64,000 bases of DNA from Candidatus Magasanikiibacteriota bacterium (GTDB lineage Bacteria; Patescibacteriota; Patescibacteriia; Magasanikbacterales; UBA922): positions 1,671-65,670 of the forward strand of contig JBAQFA010000005.1 of NCBI GenBank assembly GCA_049287025.1, written 5' to 3'. The stretch's first letter is position 1; each line of letters starts with the position of its first letter. The position numbers and the translations under genes were made by a program. The notes under the pieces are model-generated. The model ran no database searches. It worked only from the letters and a program-made list of their open reading frames with translations, and had not been told where the DNA came from. This document shows, in pieces, positions 53,256 through 62,515 of this stretch.

Positions 53256-54200
53256 ATGAGTGAATTATATCAACAACTAAAAGAATTTGGCCATGTCAAA
53301 CTAAATGAACCAATGTCCAAGCACACAACCTTCAAAATTGGTGGTAAGGCTAATTTTTTTATTACAATTGAAAATACAGATAATTTGGGTAAACTTTTAA
53401 CCTTTGTGAATGAGCAGGGTTTATCTTATTTTATTTTAGGTGGAGGATCAAATCTGCTGTGGAATGATGACCAATTTGAAGGAGTGGTAATAAAAGTGGG
53501 TAATAAAAAATTAACTGTGACTGGAAATATGATTGAAGCCGACGCTGGTGTTCTCTTGTCCCAAGTAGTCAATTTGGCAGCGCAAAATAGTTTAACTGGT
53601 TTTGAATGGGCCGTGGGGATCCCTGGAACAATTGGTGGAGCAGTGCGAGGCAATGCTGGAGCGATGGGCGTGGATATTTCGGCTGATAAATGTCTAGCAA
53701 AAGTTCAAGTGTGGCAAAATGGTGAAGTAGTGGAATATAATAGAAGTGAATGCAATTTTGTTTATCGAGGGAGCATGTTTAAAGATGATCCTAATATATT
53801 GGTTTTGCGGGCATATTTTAGGCTTGATGTGGGAGATCAAGCAGAGATAATGAAATCAATGCAAGGTTATTTGGCTCAACGCACTGGACGGTATCCAAAA
53901 TTTCCTTCAGCTGGTAGTTTTTTTCAAAATGTTCCAATTGATAAATGGAAAAAAGATTTAAAAGATTTACCAGCCATTTTTGTGGAGCGCAAAAAAATTC
54001 CCGTTGGTTGGCTCGTGGAACAATTAGAATTAAAAGGTTTGACTGTAGGTGGCGCCAAAGTGTCTGATGAACATGGTAATTTTATTATTAATTTTGATAA
54101 TGCATTACAGTCTGATGTCTTGACTTTAGTTGAATTAGTAAAAGAAAAAGTGTATAATAAATTTGGAATAGAATTGGAGAGTGAAGTGGAAATAGTGTAA
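53256..54200 (+). CDS. murB: UDP-N-acetylenolpyruvoylglucosamine reductase
   Basis: FKIGG.A, ILGGGSNLLW FAD-binding motif, GIPGTIGGAVRGNAGAMG and a C-terminal MurB domain, 314 aa. Confidence 0.9.
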   Translation: MSELYQQLKEFGHVKLNEPMSKHTTFKIGGKANFFITIENTDNLGKLLTFVNEQGLSYFILGGGSNLLWNDDQFEGVVIKVGNKKLTVTGNMIEADAGVLLSQVVNLAAQNSLTGFEWAVGIPGTIGGAVRGNAGAMGVDISADKCLAKVQVWQNGEVVEYNRSECNFVYRGSMFKDDPNILVLRAYFRLDVGDQAEIMKSMQGYLAQRTGRYPKFPSAGSFFQNVPIDKWKKDLKDLPAIFVERKKIPVGWLVEQLELKGLTVGGAKVSDEHGNFIINFDNALQSDVLTLVELVKEKVYNKFGIELESEVEIV

Positions 54201-54298
54201 AGGCTTGAAAAGCTAGAAAAGCTTCAAAGGCTTGAAAGGCATTGATTTGCATTTTAAGCCTTTTAGGCATTTTAAGCCTTTTAGGCATTTTAAAAATT
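54201..54298. repeat. AGGCNTTT-type repeat array upstream of hpf
   Basis: aaggcttgaaaagctagaaaagcttcaaaggcttgaaaggcattgatttgcattttaagccttttaggcattttaagccttttaggcatttt. Confidence 0.55.
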
Positions 54299-54643
54299 AT
54301 GACAATCAATACCAAAGCTAAAGGCATGGACATGACTCCAGCCATCAAGCAATATGTTGAAGAAAAAGTTAATTGTTTAACAAAATATTTTGAGAATATT
54401 GATGATGTGGATGTAATTGTGGGAATGGAAACACATCATCACAACAAAGGTAAAATTTATTATGCTGAGTTCAATTTGCAGGTGCCAGGAAAAAATTTGT
54501 CAGTCAGAAAAGACGCCGTTGATTTGTACAAAGCGATTGATAAAGTCAAAGATCATTTGAAAGTAGAACTGGAAAAAATTAAAGAAAAAATGCGCGCCAA
54601 AGATAAAAAGGTTTTACGTGAACAAAAAGGTTACCAGGAATAG
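54299..54643 (+). CDS. hpf: Ribosome hibernation promoting factor / ribosome-associated inhibitor (HPF/RaiA family)
   Basis: MTINTKAKGMDMTPAIKQYVEEKV ... typical S30AE/HPF N-terminal domain. The track ORF starts at 54242 inside the repeat, so the likely start is the ATG at 54299. Confidence 0.8.
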   Translation: MTINTKAKGMDMTPAIKQYVEEKVNCLTKYFENIDDVDVIVGMETHHHNKGKIYYAEFNLQVPGKNLSVRKDAVDLYKAIDKVKDHLKVELEKIKEKMRAKDKKVLREQKGYQE

Positions 54644-54683
54644 AAATATATTAATCTATAAAAAATTTTAATTTATAAAAATT

Positions 54684-56984
54684 ATGCTTGCAAAAAAAAT
54701 CTCGTTTTCTAAATTAACGGATATTTTGTCTTATGTTTTGATGGGAGCCAATTTATTGGCTGTACCCTTGGTACTAGGAAATAATCTGTCCAATATTTTT
54801 ATACTTTCAAAAATGTATATTTTTATTGGTCTAATATTGTTAAATTTGCTCTTGGTAGCCATAAAAGTGGCCATTACTAAGAAATTTATTTTTCGTCAAT
54901 CCTTTTTGGATTTACCAATTTTAATATTTTTGGGAACAGGTTTGTTGTCAGCCATTTTTTCTGTCAATCGTTTTGACAGCTTCTTGGGACGCAATGAATA
55001 TTTTGTATTAAGTTTTGCATTTTTGTTTTTTCTAGCCTTATTTTATTTTATTTTGGTTAATTTTTTGAACATTGTAAAAAATTGGAAATTGCTTTTGGAT
55101 GGTTTGGTAATTTTGGGTGGTGTTAGTACTTTGCCATTTATTGTCAAAGCTTTATTTCATTTTGATATTTTTAATTTACTTTTGAAGCAACCACTTTGGA
55201 ACACGATTGACAATGTTAATAGTTTATTTGGTTTGTGGTTAATAGTAGTATTTATTTTATCAGCTGGACAATTGATGAAGAAAAATTTATCCAGAGCACG
55301 TTTAATTATTTGTAGTGTAGTTTCTTTGTTGTCATTATTGGTCCTTTTACTTTTAGGTTTTACTAATTTGTGGTGGCTGTTGCTTTGTGCTTTAATTTTG
55401 TTATTAATTTTGGGGGTAAGTTTTGCTGGGCAGGCTAGACTGAGCGCTTTATCAGCTATGTTTGCGGTTTTTATTATAACGATTATTTTTATTGTTTTTG
55501 GTTCACCAACCAGTTGGCAAGTGTCTGTGCCAGCCGAATTTTCTCTAGGTTTAAAACCCTCAATGCAAATTACTTATCAAACACTAAAATCAGGAATTAC
55601 AGATTTTATTTTTGGTAAAGGATTGGGTAGCTTTGGAGTAAGTTTTTCTCAATTTAGAACCGCGGAATTTAATATGGATGATTTGGTTTGGTCTCTGCGT
55701 TTTCGTCAGCCATACAATTCTCTTTTTGGAATTTTAAGTGAAGGGGGAATATTAATGTTTTTATCTTTTATATTCTTGATATTATTTTATTTGGGTCATG
55801 CTGTTCATTTGTGGTTCAAGAATCGGATTAAAGTTAAAGCTACAACAAAGAATGTTGAAAAAGTTTTGGCTGATGATGATCCAGAAAATATTAAACTAGA
55901 AGTATTTTTGGTAGCCGCCGCTTGGGTAGTATTAACTTTGGGATTAGGAATGGTATTTTTTGGTGTGACAATTTGGTGGTTGTGGTGGTTGCTTTTAGGT
56001 TTAGGCGCTTCTGGTTTGGGCTTTATTAATAAACAAGCTATTAAAACAAAAGAGTGGTTGATTGCTAGTTTGCCCCAATATAATTTGGCTTTTTCTTTTG
56101 TAATGATTATTATTATTACGGTGGTAATAATGTTTGGCATTTGGGGTATTCGTCTATATTGCGCTGAGACTGCTTATACTAGGGCTTTGCGTAGTCCAAA
56201 TTTTCAAGAAGCCGAAGTTAATTTGAATAAAGCTTTGGAATTTAGAGGAAATTATGATTTGTATCATGCGGCTTTGGCCCAAGTATATTTGAGTAAGGCG
56301 GTGGATCTGAGTAAGAAAAATGATGCGAATAATGTCTCAACCTTGAGTGGTTTGTTGGCTCAAGCAGTAAATGAAGCGCAAAAAGCCACAGAAATTTCTC
56401 CAGCTTCAGTCGCTATTTGGGAAAATTTGGCTACCATGTATGAAAATACAGTTTTATTAGTACCAGAAGCAAGAGATTGGGCCATAAAATCATTGGTCAA
56501 GGCTTCTGAATTAGAACCAACTAATCCAGTTTTACTATGGCGTTTGGGTAATAATTATGTTTTGGCCAATAAAAATCCAGAAGCCATAAAGCAATATGAA
56601 AAAGCTTTGGAAATGAAAGCCAATTATGCTGATGCTTATACTGGTTTATCTAATCTTTATGAAGGAGAAAAAAATATTGACAAGGCGATTGGAGTGTATG
56701 AAAAGGCAGTCAGTCTTGGACTGAATAATCCTGAAATCTTTTTCAACTATGGTCGTTTGTTGTACAATCGTAGCCAAGACAATGATCGAAAACTAGCCGA
56801 ACAATTGTGGTTGGCCTCAGTACAAATACAACCTAATTATTCTAATGCTTTGTATAGCCTTGGTTTGTTGTATGAAGGTACTGGAGAATATAGCAAGGCT
56901 TTGGAATATTACAAAAAAGTTGACAGCTTAAATCCTGGTAATGAAGATGTCCAAAATAAAATTTCAAGTTTGAATGGATATTAG
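54684..56984 (+). CDS. O-antigen ligase (Wzy_C)-like polytopic membrane protein with a C-terminal TPR repeat domain
   Basis: Twelve or more TM helices with a large periplasmic loop, then TPR units (ALEFRGNYDLYHAALAQVYL, AIKQYEKALEMKANYADAYTGLSNLY, YSNALYSLGLLYEGTGEYSKALEYYKKV). 766 aa. Confidence 0.7.
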   Translation: MLAKKISFSKLTDILSYVLMGANLLAVPLVLGNNLSNIFILSKMYIFIGLILLNLLLVAIKVAITKKFIFRQSFLDLPILIFLGTGLLSAIFSVNRFDSFLGRNEYFVLSFAFLFFLALFYFILVNFLNIVKNWKLLLDGLVILGGVSTLPFIVKALFHFDIFNLLLKQPLWNTIDNVNSLFGLWLIVVFILSAGQLMKKNLSRARLIICSVVSLLSLLVLLLLGFTNLWWLLLCALILLLILGVSFAGQARLSALSAMFAVFIITIIFIVFGSPTSWQVSVPAEFSLGLKPSMQITYQTLKSGITDFIFGKGLGSFGVSFSQFRTAEFNMDDLVWSLRFRQPYNSLFGILSEGGILMFLSFIFLILFYLGHAVHLWFKNRIKVKATTKNVEKVLADDDPENIKLEVFLVAAAWVVLTLGLGMVFFGVTIWWLWWLLLGLGASGLGFINKQAIKTKEWLIASLPQYNLAFSFVMIIIITVVIMFGIWGIRLYCAETAYTRALRSPNFQEAEVNLNKALEFRGNYDLYHAALAQVYLSKAVDLSKKNDANNVSTLSGLLAQAVNEAQKATEISPASVAIWENLATMYENTVLLVPEARDWAIKSLVKASELEPTNPVLLWRLGNNYVLANKNPEAIKQYEKALEMKANYADAYTGLSNLYEGEKNIDKAIGVYEKAVSLGLNNPEIFFNYGRLLYNRSQDNDRKLAEQLWLASVQIQPNYSNALYSLGLLYEGTGEYSKALEYYKKVDSLNPGNEDVQNKISSLNGY

Positions 56985-57098
56985 ACTGGTATTGAATCCA
57001 CCCAAGGCGGATGATACTATTGTTCCTTGTGGCTTGTTGTGAAAAATTTTCTTTGGATGTGCACGCAGTCAGTTTGTTGAAAGGTTATTCATTTTTTT

Positions 57099-57740
57099 AT
57101 GCGTACAAAGCTAATATTATTTTTGGTAGTTATTATAATTTTTTATCCACTACCTTCTTCTTCAATAATGTCTTCAACCCATTATACTATTTTGAATGAT
57201 CAGGTTGGTATGGGGGCAGGTATTAGCGAGGGTGGTAATTATAGTTTACGTGATAGTAGTGGCGCTTTGATAAGCGCGGGTGTAGTAGATGGTAATACCT
57301 ATGAAATTAGGTCTGGTTTTTATTTTGGTGATAATGGAACACTGAGTGTGACAGTTAATCCTAGTGCAATTGATTTGGGTACTTTGAGTACTAGCACGGT
57401 TGAAACAACTGAAACGACAATAACAGTTAGTACTGATTCTGAGACCGGCTATACTTTGGCAATTGGTAGTGTGAGTGCTGGTGGTTTGGCAGATGTAAGT
57501 GATGGACAAGTGACGGCTGGCTCAGAAGAATTTGGTTTTGTTGGCACTGGTAGCGATTGTCTACTTTCTTCAAGTACGCCCACAGCCATAGTAGCTAGTC
57601 TGCCAATTGCTAGCCATGGTTCAGCCACTAATTCTAGTGAAATAAATTTGGTTTTTCAGGCCGCTATTAGTAGTAGTACACTACCAACTGCATCGGGTGA
57701 GAAAAATATCAGCTTTACTGCCTCAGCAAATTTTTATTAA
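57099..57740 (+). CDS. Hypothetical secreted Ser/Thr-rich protein
   Basis: N-terminal signal peptide LILFLVVIIIFYPLPSSS and S/T/G-rich beta-like repeats, 213 aa. Confidence 0.5.
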   Translation: MRTKLILFLVVIIIFYPLPSSSIMSSTHYTILNDQVGMGAGISEGGNYSLRDSSGALISAGVVDGNTYEIRSGFYFGDNGTLSVTVNPSAIDLGTLSTSTVETTETTITVSTDSETGYTLAIGSVSAGGLADVSDGQVTAGSEEFGFVGTGSDCLLSSSTPTAIVASLPIASHGSATNSSEINLVFQAAISSSTLPTASGEKNISFTASANFY

Positions 57741-57817
57741 GTTTGTTTTTTAGTTGATAGAAATTGTAAAATAATGTTTAGAATTTTTGTATATAATATT
57801 TTAGTTTTACTGTCTTT

Positions 57818-58690
57818 ATGAGATTCAGATTTTTTTTAATATTTGCATTGTTAGTAATATTTTTGTTTCCTGAAAATGTTTTTGCTCTAAGTCTAAGTCC
57901 TACTAGACAAGAATTTACTCTTGATCCGGGCGCTAATCAAATAGTGAATTTGCGAATCAAAAATAATGAGCAAAAAGATTTGAATATTAATTTTAAAATA
58001 TTGGGTGTAAGCCAAGACGAAAGTGGTCGCCCCATTTTTGATACAAAAATTAACTCAGAAGATAATTGGTTTCAAGTGCCACAAAATATTTTTTTGCAAG
58101 CCGGTGAAGAAAAAATTGTTGAATTTAAATTATCTTTACCCGTAGATATTTACCCTACACTTTATAATTTTGCTTTAGTCGCGAGTGTGGGTGCAGAAGG
58201 GCAGGGAATTGGGTTAAGTACAGATTTGGTTTCTTTGTTGTCAGTCCAGGTAGCTGGTGTAGCCCAAGAAAAATTAACAATCAATAATTGGTCGTCTGAA
58301 TCAAGAATTTCTTATAATAAAAATTGGCAATTTAATTTGAATTTAAAAAATTTGAGTAATGTGCGTTTGCCTTTGGCTGGTGATCTGATTTTATCCAATC
58401 TAAAAGGTCAGCCTGTGTGGCAAGAAAATTTATTATTAGGCAATAGTTTGTTGCCGGGGACGGATAGAATTTTACAGACAAAAGCTGATTTGGAAATATT
58501 GCCATTGCCAATGGGTATATATAGTGCTGAAGTAAAAATTGTTTATGGACAGACGCGACAGTTAATTGTCTCAAAAATTTATCTGATTTATTTATCTCAA
58601 TGGGTAGTTTATATAGTTGTAGGATTATTAATTTTATTTTCGGTTTTTATTGGATTTGTTATTTATAGAAGAAAAAATAAAAAAAGATAG
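57818..58690 (+). CDS. Hypothetical cell-surface protein with signal peptide and C-terminal TM anchor (DUF916/DUF3324-like layout)
   Basis: Signal peptide, beta-rich ectodomain and a C-terminal helix WVVYIVVGLLILFSVFIGFVIY followed by RRKNKKR. 290 aa. Confidence 0.5.
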   Translation: MRFRFFLIFALLVIFLFPENVFALSLSPTRQEFTLDPGANQIVNLRIKNNEQKDLNINFKILGVSQDESGRPIFDTKINSEDNWFQVPQNIFLQAGEEKIVEFKLSLPVDIYPTLYNFALVASVGAEGQGIGLSTDLVSLLSVQVAGVAQEKLTINNWSSESRISYNKNWQFNLNLKNLSNVRLPLAGDLILSNLKGQPVWQENLLLGNSLLPGTDRILQTKADLEILPLPMGIYSAEVKIVYGQTRQLIVSKIYLIYLSQWVVYIVVGLLILFSVFIGFVIYRRKNKKR

Positions 58691-58725
58691 TTGAAAATTA
58701 TATAATTGATTTCATTTTTTCTCAC

Positions 58726-61700
58726 ATGTTTTCTGATTATAAAAAGATATTATTTTTCTCTCTAGTGCTTTTTTTAAGTTCATTTTTTTGTTTGTCAGTT
58801 TTGGCAGAGGAACAAAGTGGTAATTTGGATGTGAATTATTCTATTCCTGGACAATGTGGTAATGGAATTCAAGAATGGAATGAGTCGTGTGACAATGGAA
58901 TTGATAATGGTGTTTGTCCAAAATCATGTAGTAATTCCTGTACAGATAATGGTAATTGTGGTGGCGATGGTTGTACGGGTGATTGTGAGTCACCTGTAGT
59001 AAAAGATGTTACCTCAATTCCTAGCCAGACAAGTGTGACTGTTAGTTGGCTCACAACTGATGATGTTGGTGTCTCTAGTGTTGGATTTAAATATGGTACT
59101 ATTTATGGTACTTATGATTTGTCACCAGCATCAGAAAATAATTCTTCCGCATCTTTGTCGGGACTAACACCTGATACGATTTATTATTTTCAGATTACTG
59201 CTAGTGATGCTAGTGGTAAAAAAGGTTATGGTTATGGCAGTTTTCGTACCCTAGTCCAACCAGTAGATACTACAGCACCTAATGTTTATAATATCACTGT
59301 TTCTGCTGGTATTACCACATCGTCTATATCTTTTTCAACTGATGAATCAGCCACAAGTGAAATATTGTATGGCACGACAATTGCTCGTGATTTGTCTGCC
59401 GTAGTGAGTAATGGTTTTGTTGCAAATCATAGTATTGATTTACAAAATTTATTACCCAATACTACTTATCATTATATAATTAGAGCGGCTGATAGTCTTG
59501 GTAATACCACGACTACTTTGGATGCGACATTTACTACTCGACCAGATAGAATCGCTCCAAGCAATGTGAGTAATTTTAGATTGAGTACCTCTACCCAAGC
59601 AATAAATTTGAGTTGGACCAATCCAAATTTACAGACAATGCCAGATTTTGTGGGGGTGAAAATTTTACGCAAAATTGGTTCTTATCCTACAAGTTTTGAT
59701 GATAGTAGTGCTGTGCTTGTTTATAACAATTCTGGGTCTTCACATCTTGACAATTCAGTCAGTTATAACACGCATTATTATTATACAGCTTATACTTATG
59801 ACAGTTCGGGAAATTATAGCAGTGGCGCGCAGGCAAATATTATTTCTGCTTCACAAATTTTTACTCCGCAAGAAGTGACTAATTATTATATTACCACTTC
59901 TACTGGAGCCATTATTTTGAATTGGGATAATCCCACTGCCCAAGTCATGCCTTATTTTCAAAGTGTAAAAATTTTACGTAAAGCTGGTAGTGCACCAACT
60001 AATTACAATGATTCTAGCGCAGTGGAAGTTCACAATAGTCCCACTAGCTATTTGGAAGATAGAAATAACTTAGTATTAAGTCAGCGTTATTATTATAAAA
60101 TTTTTACTTTTGATGGTACAAATTATAGTTCAGGTGTGGTTCTTAATATTATTTATAACCAACCAAGAAATGTAGAAATTTGTGCAAATAATATTGATGA
60201 TGATAATAATGGTTTGGTAGATTGTGCTGATTCTGCTTGTGCGAATTTATCAATTTGTTCGGAAAATAATTGTTCTAATGGGGTTGATGACGATACTGAT
60301 GGTTTGGTAGATTGTTCAGATACTCTAGATTGTTCCAATGATTCAGCTTGTAGAACTACACCACCAGAAAATTGTAGTAATCAGGTAGATGATGATGGTG
60401 ATGGAGCAATTGATTGTACTGATAGTGATTGTACAAAATTTTGTGAACAATGTATTGGTGATAATTGTGGTGGTGATGAGACAGCTCAGTGTAGTGATGG
60501 TAATGATAATGATGTTGACGGACTCATAGATTTTCCCCTTGACTCAGGTTGTCTTAGTTTGGACGATGATGATGAATATAATCCGCCCTTGGTAACTACC
60601 TCGACAATTAATCTGGTTGACGTTATTTTTTCAACTGGTAATGATAAAATAATTTTGGCACCACAAAATAATATTGTGGTTGGTTTATCAGACTTTCCTC
60701 TTACAATTAGTTTTCCAACTACTAAAATAATTTTGCCAATAAAAAGTTTTGTCTTAAAAATTGATGGTGGCGATCAACATAATTTAATAAAAAATTCTGC
60801 GGGAAATTTATTTTATACTGATATTTCATTTCCAGCTGTTGGTCAAAAAGAGGCTTTTTTGGAAATTAGTTATGAAAATGGTTCTTTTGATTATGTTAGA
60901 TTTGTTATAGAAAGTGTAAATTGGGGGAGGGTAGTGGATGATAAAAATAGTAATATCACAGATGTTTCTCTTACTTTGCAAAATAATGCTGGTGATGTTA
61001 TTAACTTGCAAACTTATGGACAATCTAACCCTATAAATTCTAATGATAGTGGTCTCTATGGTTGGATGGTGCCAAATGGACAGTATAAAATTTTGGCTAG
61101 CAGTGAAGGTTATTACGAAAGAGAAACTGGTGTTTTTGCTGTTAGCAATAACATTATTAATAAAAAAATTGATTTAGTATCAGTACCGCCCACTTTGGAG
61201 GAAGTGATTGATCCAAATGCTTCTCTCAGTGAAAATATTTTGAATGTAGCAGAAAATTTGGCGCAAAAGACCAAAACTTTGGCACAAATGACTGCTTTGG
61301 GAGTAAGAGATTTTTCTGATAATCCAAATGTAGAGCAATCAGCGCAAAATATAGTAGCGCCAACGGCAATCGGTGTAGTAGTGGCATCAGCTTTACCATT
61401 TTTGAATTTTGGTAATTTATTAGCTTTATTACGTTTGTTATTTTTACAACCTTTATTGCTTTTGGGAAAACGTAAACGAGTAAAGTGGGGTCAAATCTAT
61501 AATTCACTTAATAATTTACCAGTGGATTTGGCCATTGTGCGTCTAATGAACGCTGATACAAATAAAATAGTAAAAACCCAAGTGACTGACACCAAAGGGC
61601 GTTATGCTTTTATCATATCAGAAGCGGGAAAATATAAGATTGATGTGCAAAAAAATGATTTTGTGTTTCCTTCAGTTTTGCTAAAAGAATACCAGACTGA

Positions 61701-62403
61701 TGGACAAAAGATGGATCTTTATCATGGAGAAATCATTGAAGTTACTGAAGCTGGGGCAGTAGTAGCAGCCAATATCCCTATGGATATGGTTGGAGAAGTT
61801 GCCGTGATACCGTGGCGTTTGAAATGGGAAAAAACTGGCAGATTGATCCAAAAAATATTATCACCACTAGGTTTTTTGTTTGCCTTAGTTTCTTATTATA
61901 TCACCCCAAAGTGGTATATTGGCGTTTTATTAATTCTTCACGTAGTACTTTGGTTCTTATTTAAACGTTTGGCTAAGCCAATTAGGCTAAAAGGTTGGGG
62001 AATTGTTTATGATGCTCTTGATAAAAAACCAGTCACTAGAGCGATTGCGCGCTTGTTCAATTTACAATTAAACAAATTAGTTTCAACGCAAATTACAGAT
62101 AAACAGGGGAGATACTATTTTTTGGCTGGTAGTGGCAAATATTTTATTACGGTTGAACACGAAGGTTATGAAACTGCCCATACTGAGACTATAAATTTGC
62201 AAGGCGATGGGGCAGATGTAATTGAAGAAAAAGTTAGTTTGAATCACAAGATTGATGATCAACTACCATCTGCCGTTGCGCCAGTTATTTTAGATGATGG
62301 TGTTGAGTCAAAAAGTGATGTTTTGGAACAGTCAAAACCAGTAGATAAAACAGACCAAGAAATTAAACCGCCACCACCAGAAAATGACAATATTTTTGGT
62401 TAA
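58726..62403 (+). CDS. Giant surface protein: signal peptide, fibronectin-III-like repeats, four MopE-like Cys/Asp putative metal-binding repeats, carboxypeptidase-regulatory-like (prealbumin fold) domains and TM segments
   Basis: CxNxIDDDxNGLVDCxDSxC repeats at ~60180-60560 (NIDDDNNGLVDCADSAC, GVDDDTDGLVDCSDTLDC, QVDDDGDGAIDCTDSDC, GNDNDVDGLIDF). CarbopepD_reg-like VRLMNADTNKIVKTQVTDTKGRYAF and ARLFNLQLNKLVSTQITDKQGRYYF. 1225 aa. Confidence 0.8.
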   Translation: MFSDYKKILFFSLVLFLSSFFCLSVLAEEQSGNLDVNYSIPGQCGNGIQEWNESCDNGIDNGVCPKSCSNSCTDNGNCGGDGCTGDCESPVVKDVTSIPSQTSVTVSWLTTDDVGVSSVGFKYGTIYGTYDLSPASENNSSASLSGLTPDTIYYFQITASDASGKKGYGYGSFRTLVQPVDTTAPNVYNITVSAGITTSSISFSTDESATSEILYGTTIARDLSAVVSNGFVANHSIDLQNLLPNTTYHYIIRAADSLGNTTTTLDATFTTRPDRIAPSNVSNFRLSTSTQAINLSWTNPNLQTMPDFVGVKILRKIGSYPTSFDDSSAVLVYNNSGSSHLDNSVSYNTHYYYTAYTYDSSGNYSSGAQANIISASQIFTPQEVTNYYITTSTGAIILNWDNPTAQVMPYFQSVKILRKAGSAPTNYNDSSAVEVHNSPTSYLEDRNNLVLSQRYYYKIFTFDGTNYSSGVVLNIIYNQPRNVEICANNIDDDNNGLVDCADSACANLSICSENNCSNGVDDDTDGLVDCSDTLDCSNDSACRTTPPENCSNQVDDDGDGAIDCTDSDCTKFCEQCIGDNCGGDETAQCSDGNDNDVDGLIDFPLDSGCLSLDDDDEYNPPLVTTSTINLVDVIFSTGNDKIILAPQNNIVVGLSDFPLTISFPTTKIILPIKSFVLKIDGGDQHNLIKNSAGNLFYTDISFPAVGQKEAFLEISYENGSFDYVRFVIESVNWGRVVDDKNSNITDVSLTLQNNAGDVINLQTYGQSNPINSNDSGLYGWMVPNGQYKILASSEGYYERETGVFAVSNNIINKKIDLVSVPPTLEEVIDPNASLSENILNVAENLAQKTKTLAQMTALGVRDFSDNPNVEQSAQNIVAPTAIGVVVASALPFLNFGNLLALLRLLFLQPLLLLGKRKRVKWGQIYNSLNNLPVDLAIVRLMNADTNKIVKTQVTDTKGRYAFIISEAGKYKIDVQKNDFVFPSVLLKEYQTDGQKMDLYHGEIIEVTEAGAVVAANIPMDMVGEVAVIPWRLKWEKTGRLIQKILSPLGFLFALVSYYITPKWYIGVLLILHVVLWFLFKRLAKPIRLKGWGIVYDALDKKPVTRAIARLFNLQLNKLVSTQITDKQGRYYFLAGSGKYFITVEHEGYETAHTETINLQGDGADVIEEKVSLNHKIDDQLPSAVAPVILDDGVESKSDVLEQSKPVDKTDQEIKPPPPENDNIFG

Positions 62404-62415
62404 AAATTAATCTAA

Positions 62416-62446
62416 AAATACCCTGTTTTAAATAGGGTATTTTTTT
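62416..62446 (+). terminator. Rho-independent terminator after the giant surface protein gene
   Basis: AAATACCCT-gttttaaat-AGGGTATTT followed by a T-run. Confidence 0.6.
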
Positions 62447-62515
62447 ATTGAGTTATCCCCAGTTTTTGATGAAATTTTAGCTAAAAGATGATATAATTAT
62501 TAAGAATAATTTTCT

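Noticed and set aside
1913-54298. Considered whether the AGGCNTTT / GCTTTGTAG repeat arrays are CRISPR arrays.
   Set aside because: Units are 8-10 bp, irregular and contiguous, with no ~30-bp unique spacers, no long direct repeats and no cas genes in the window.
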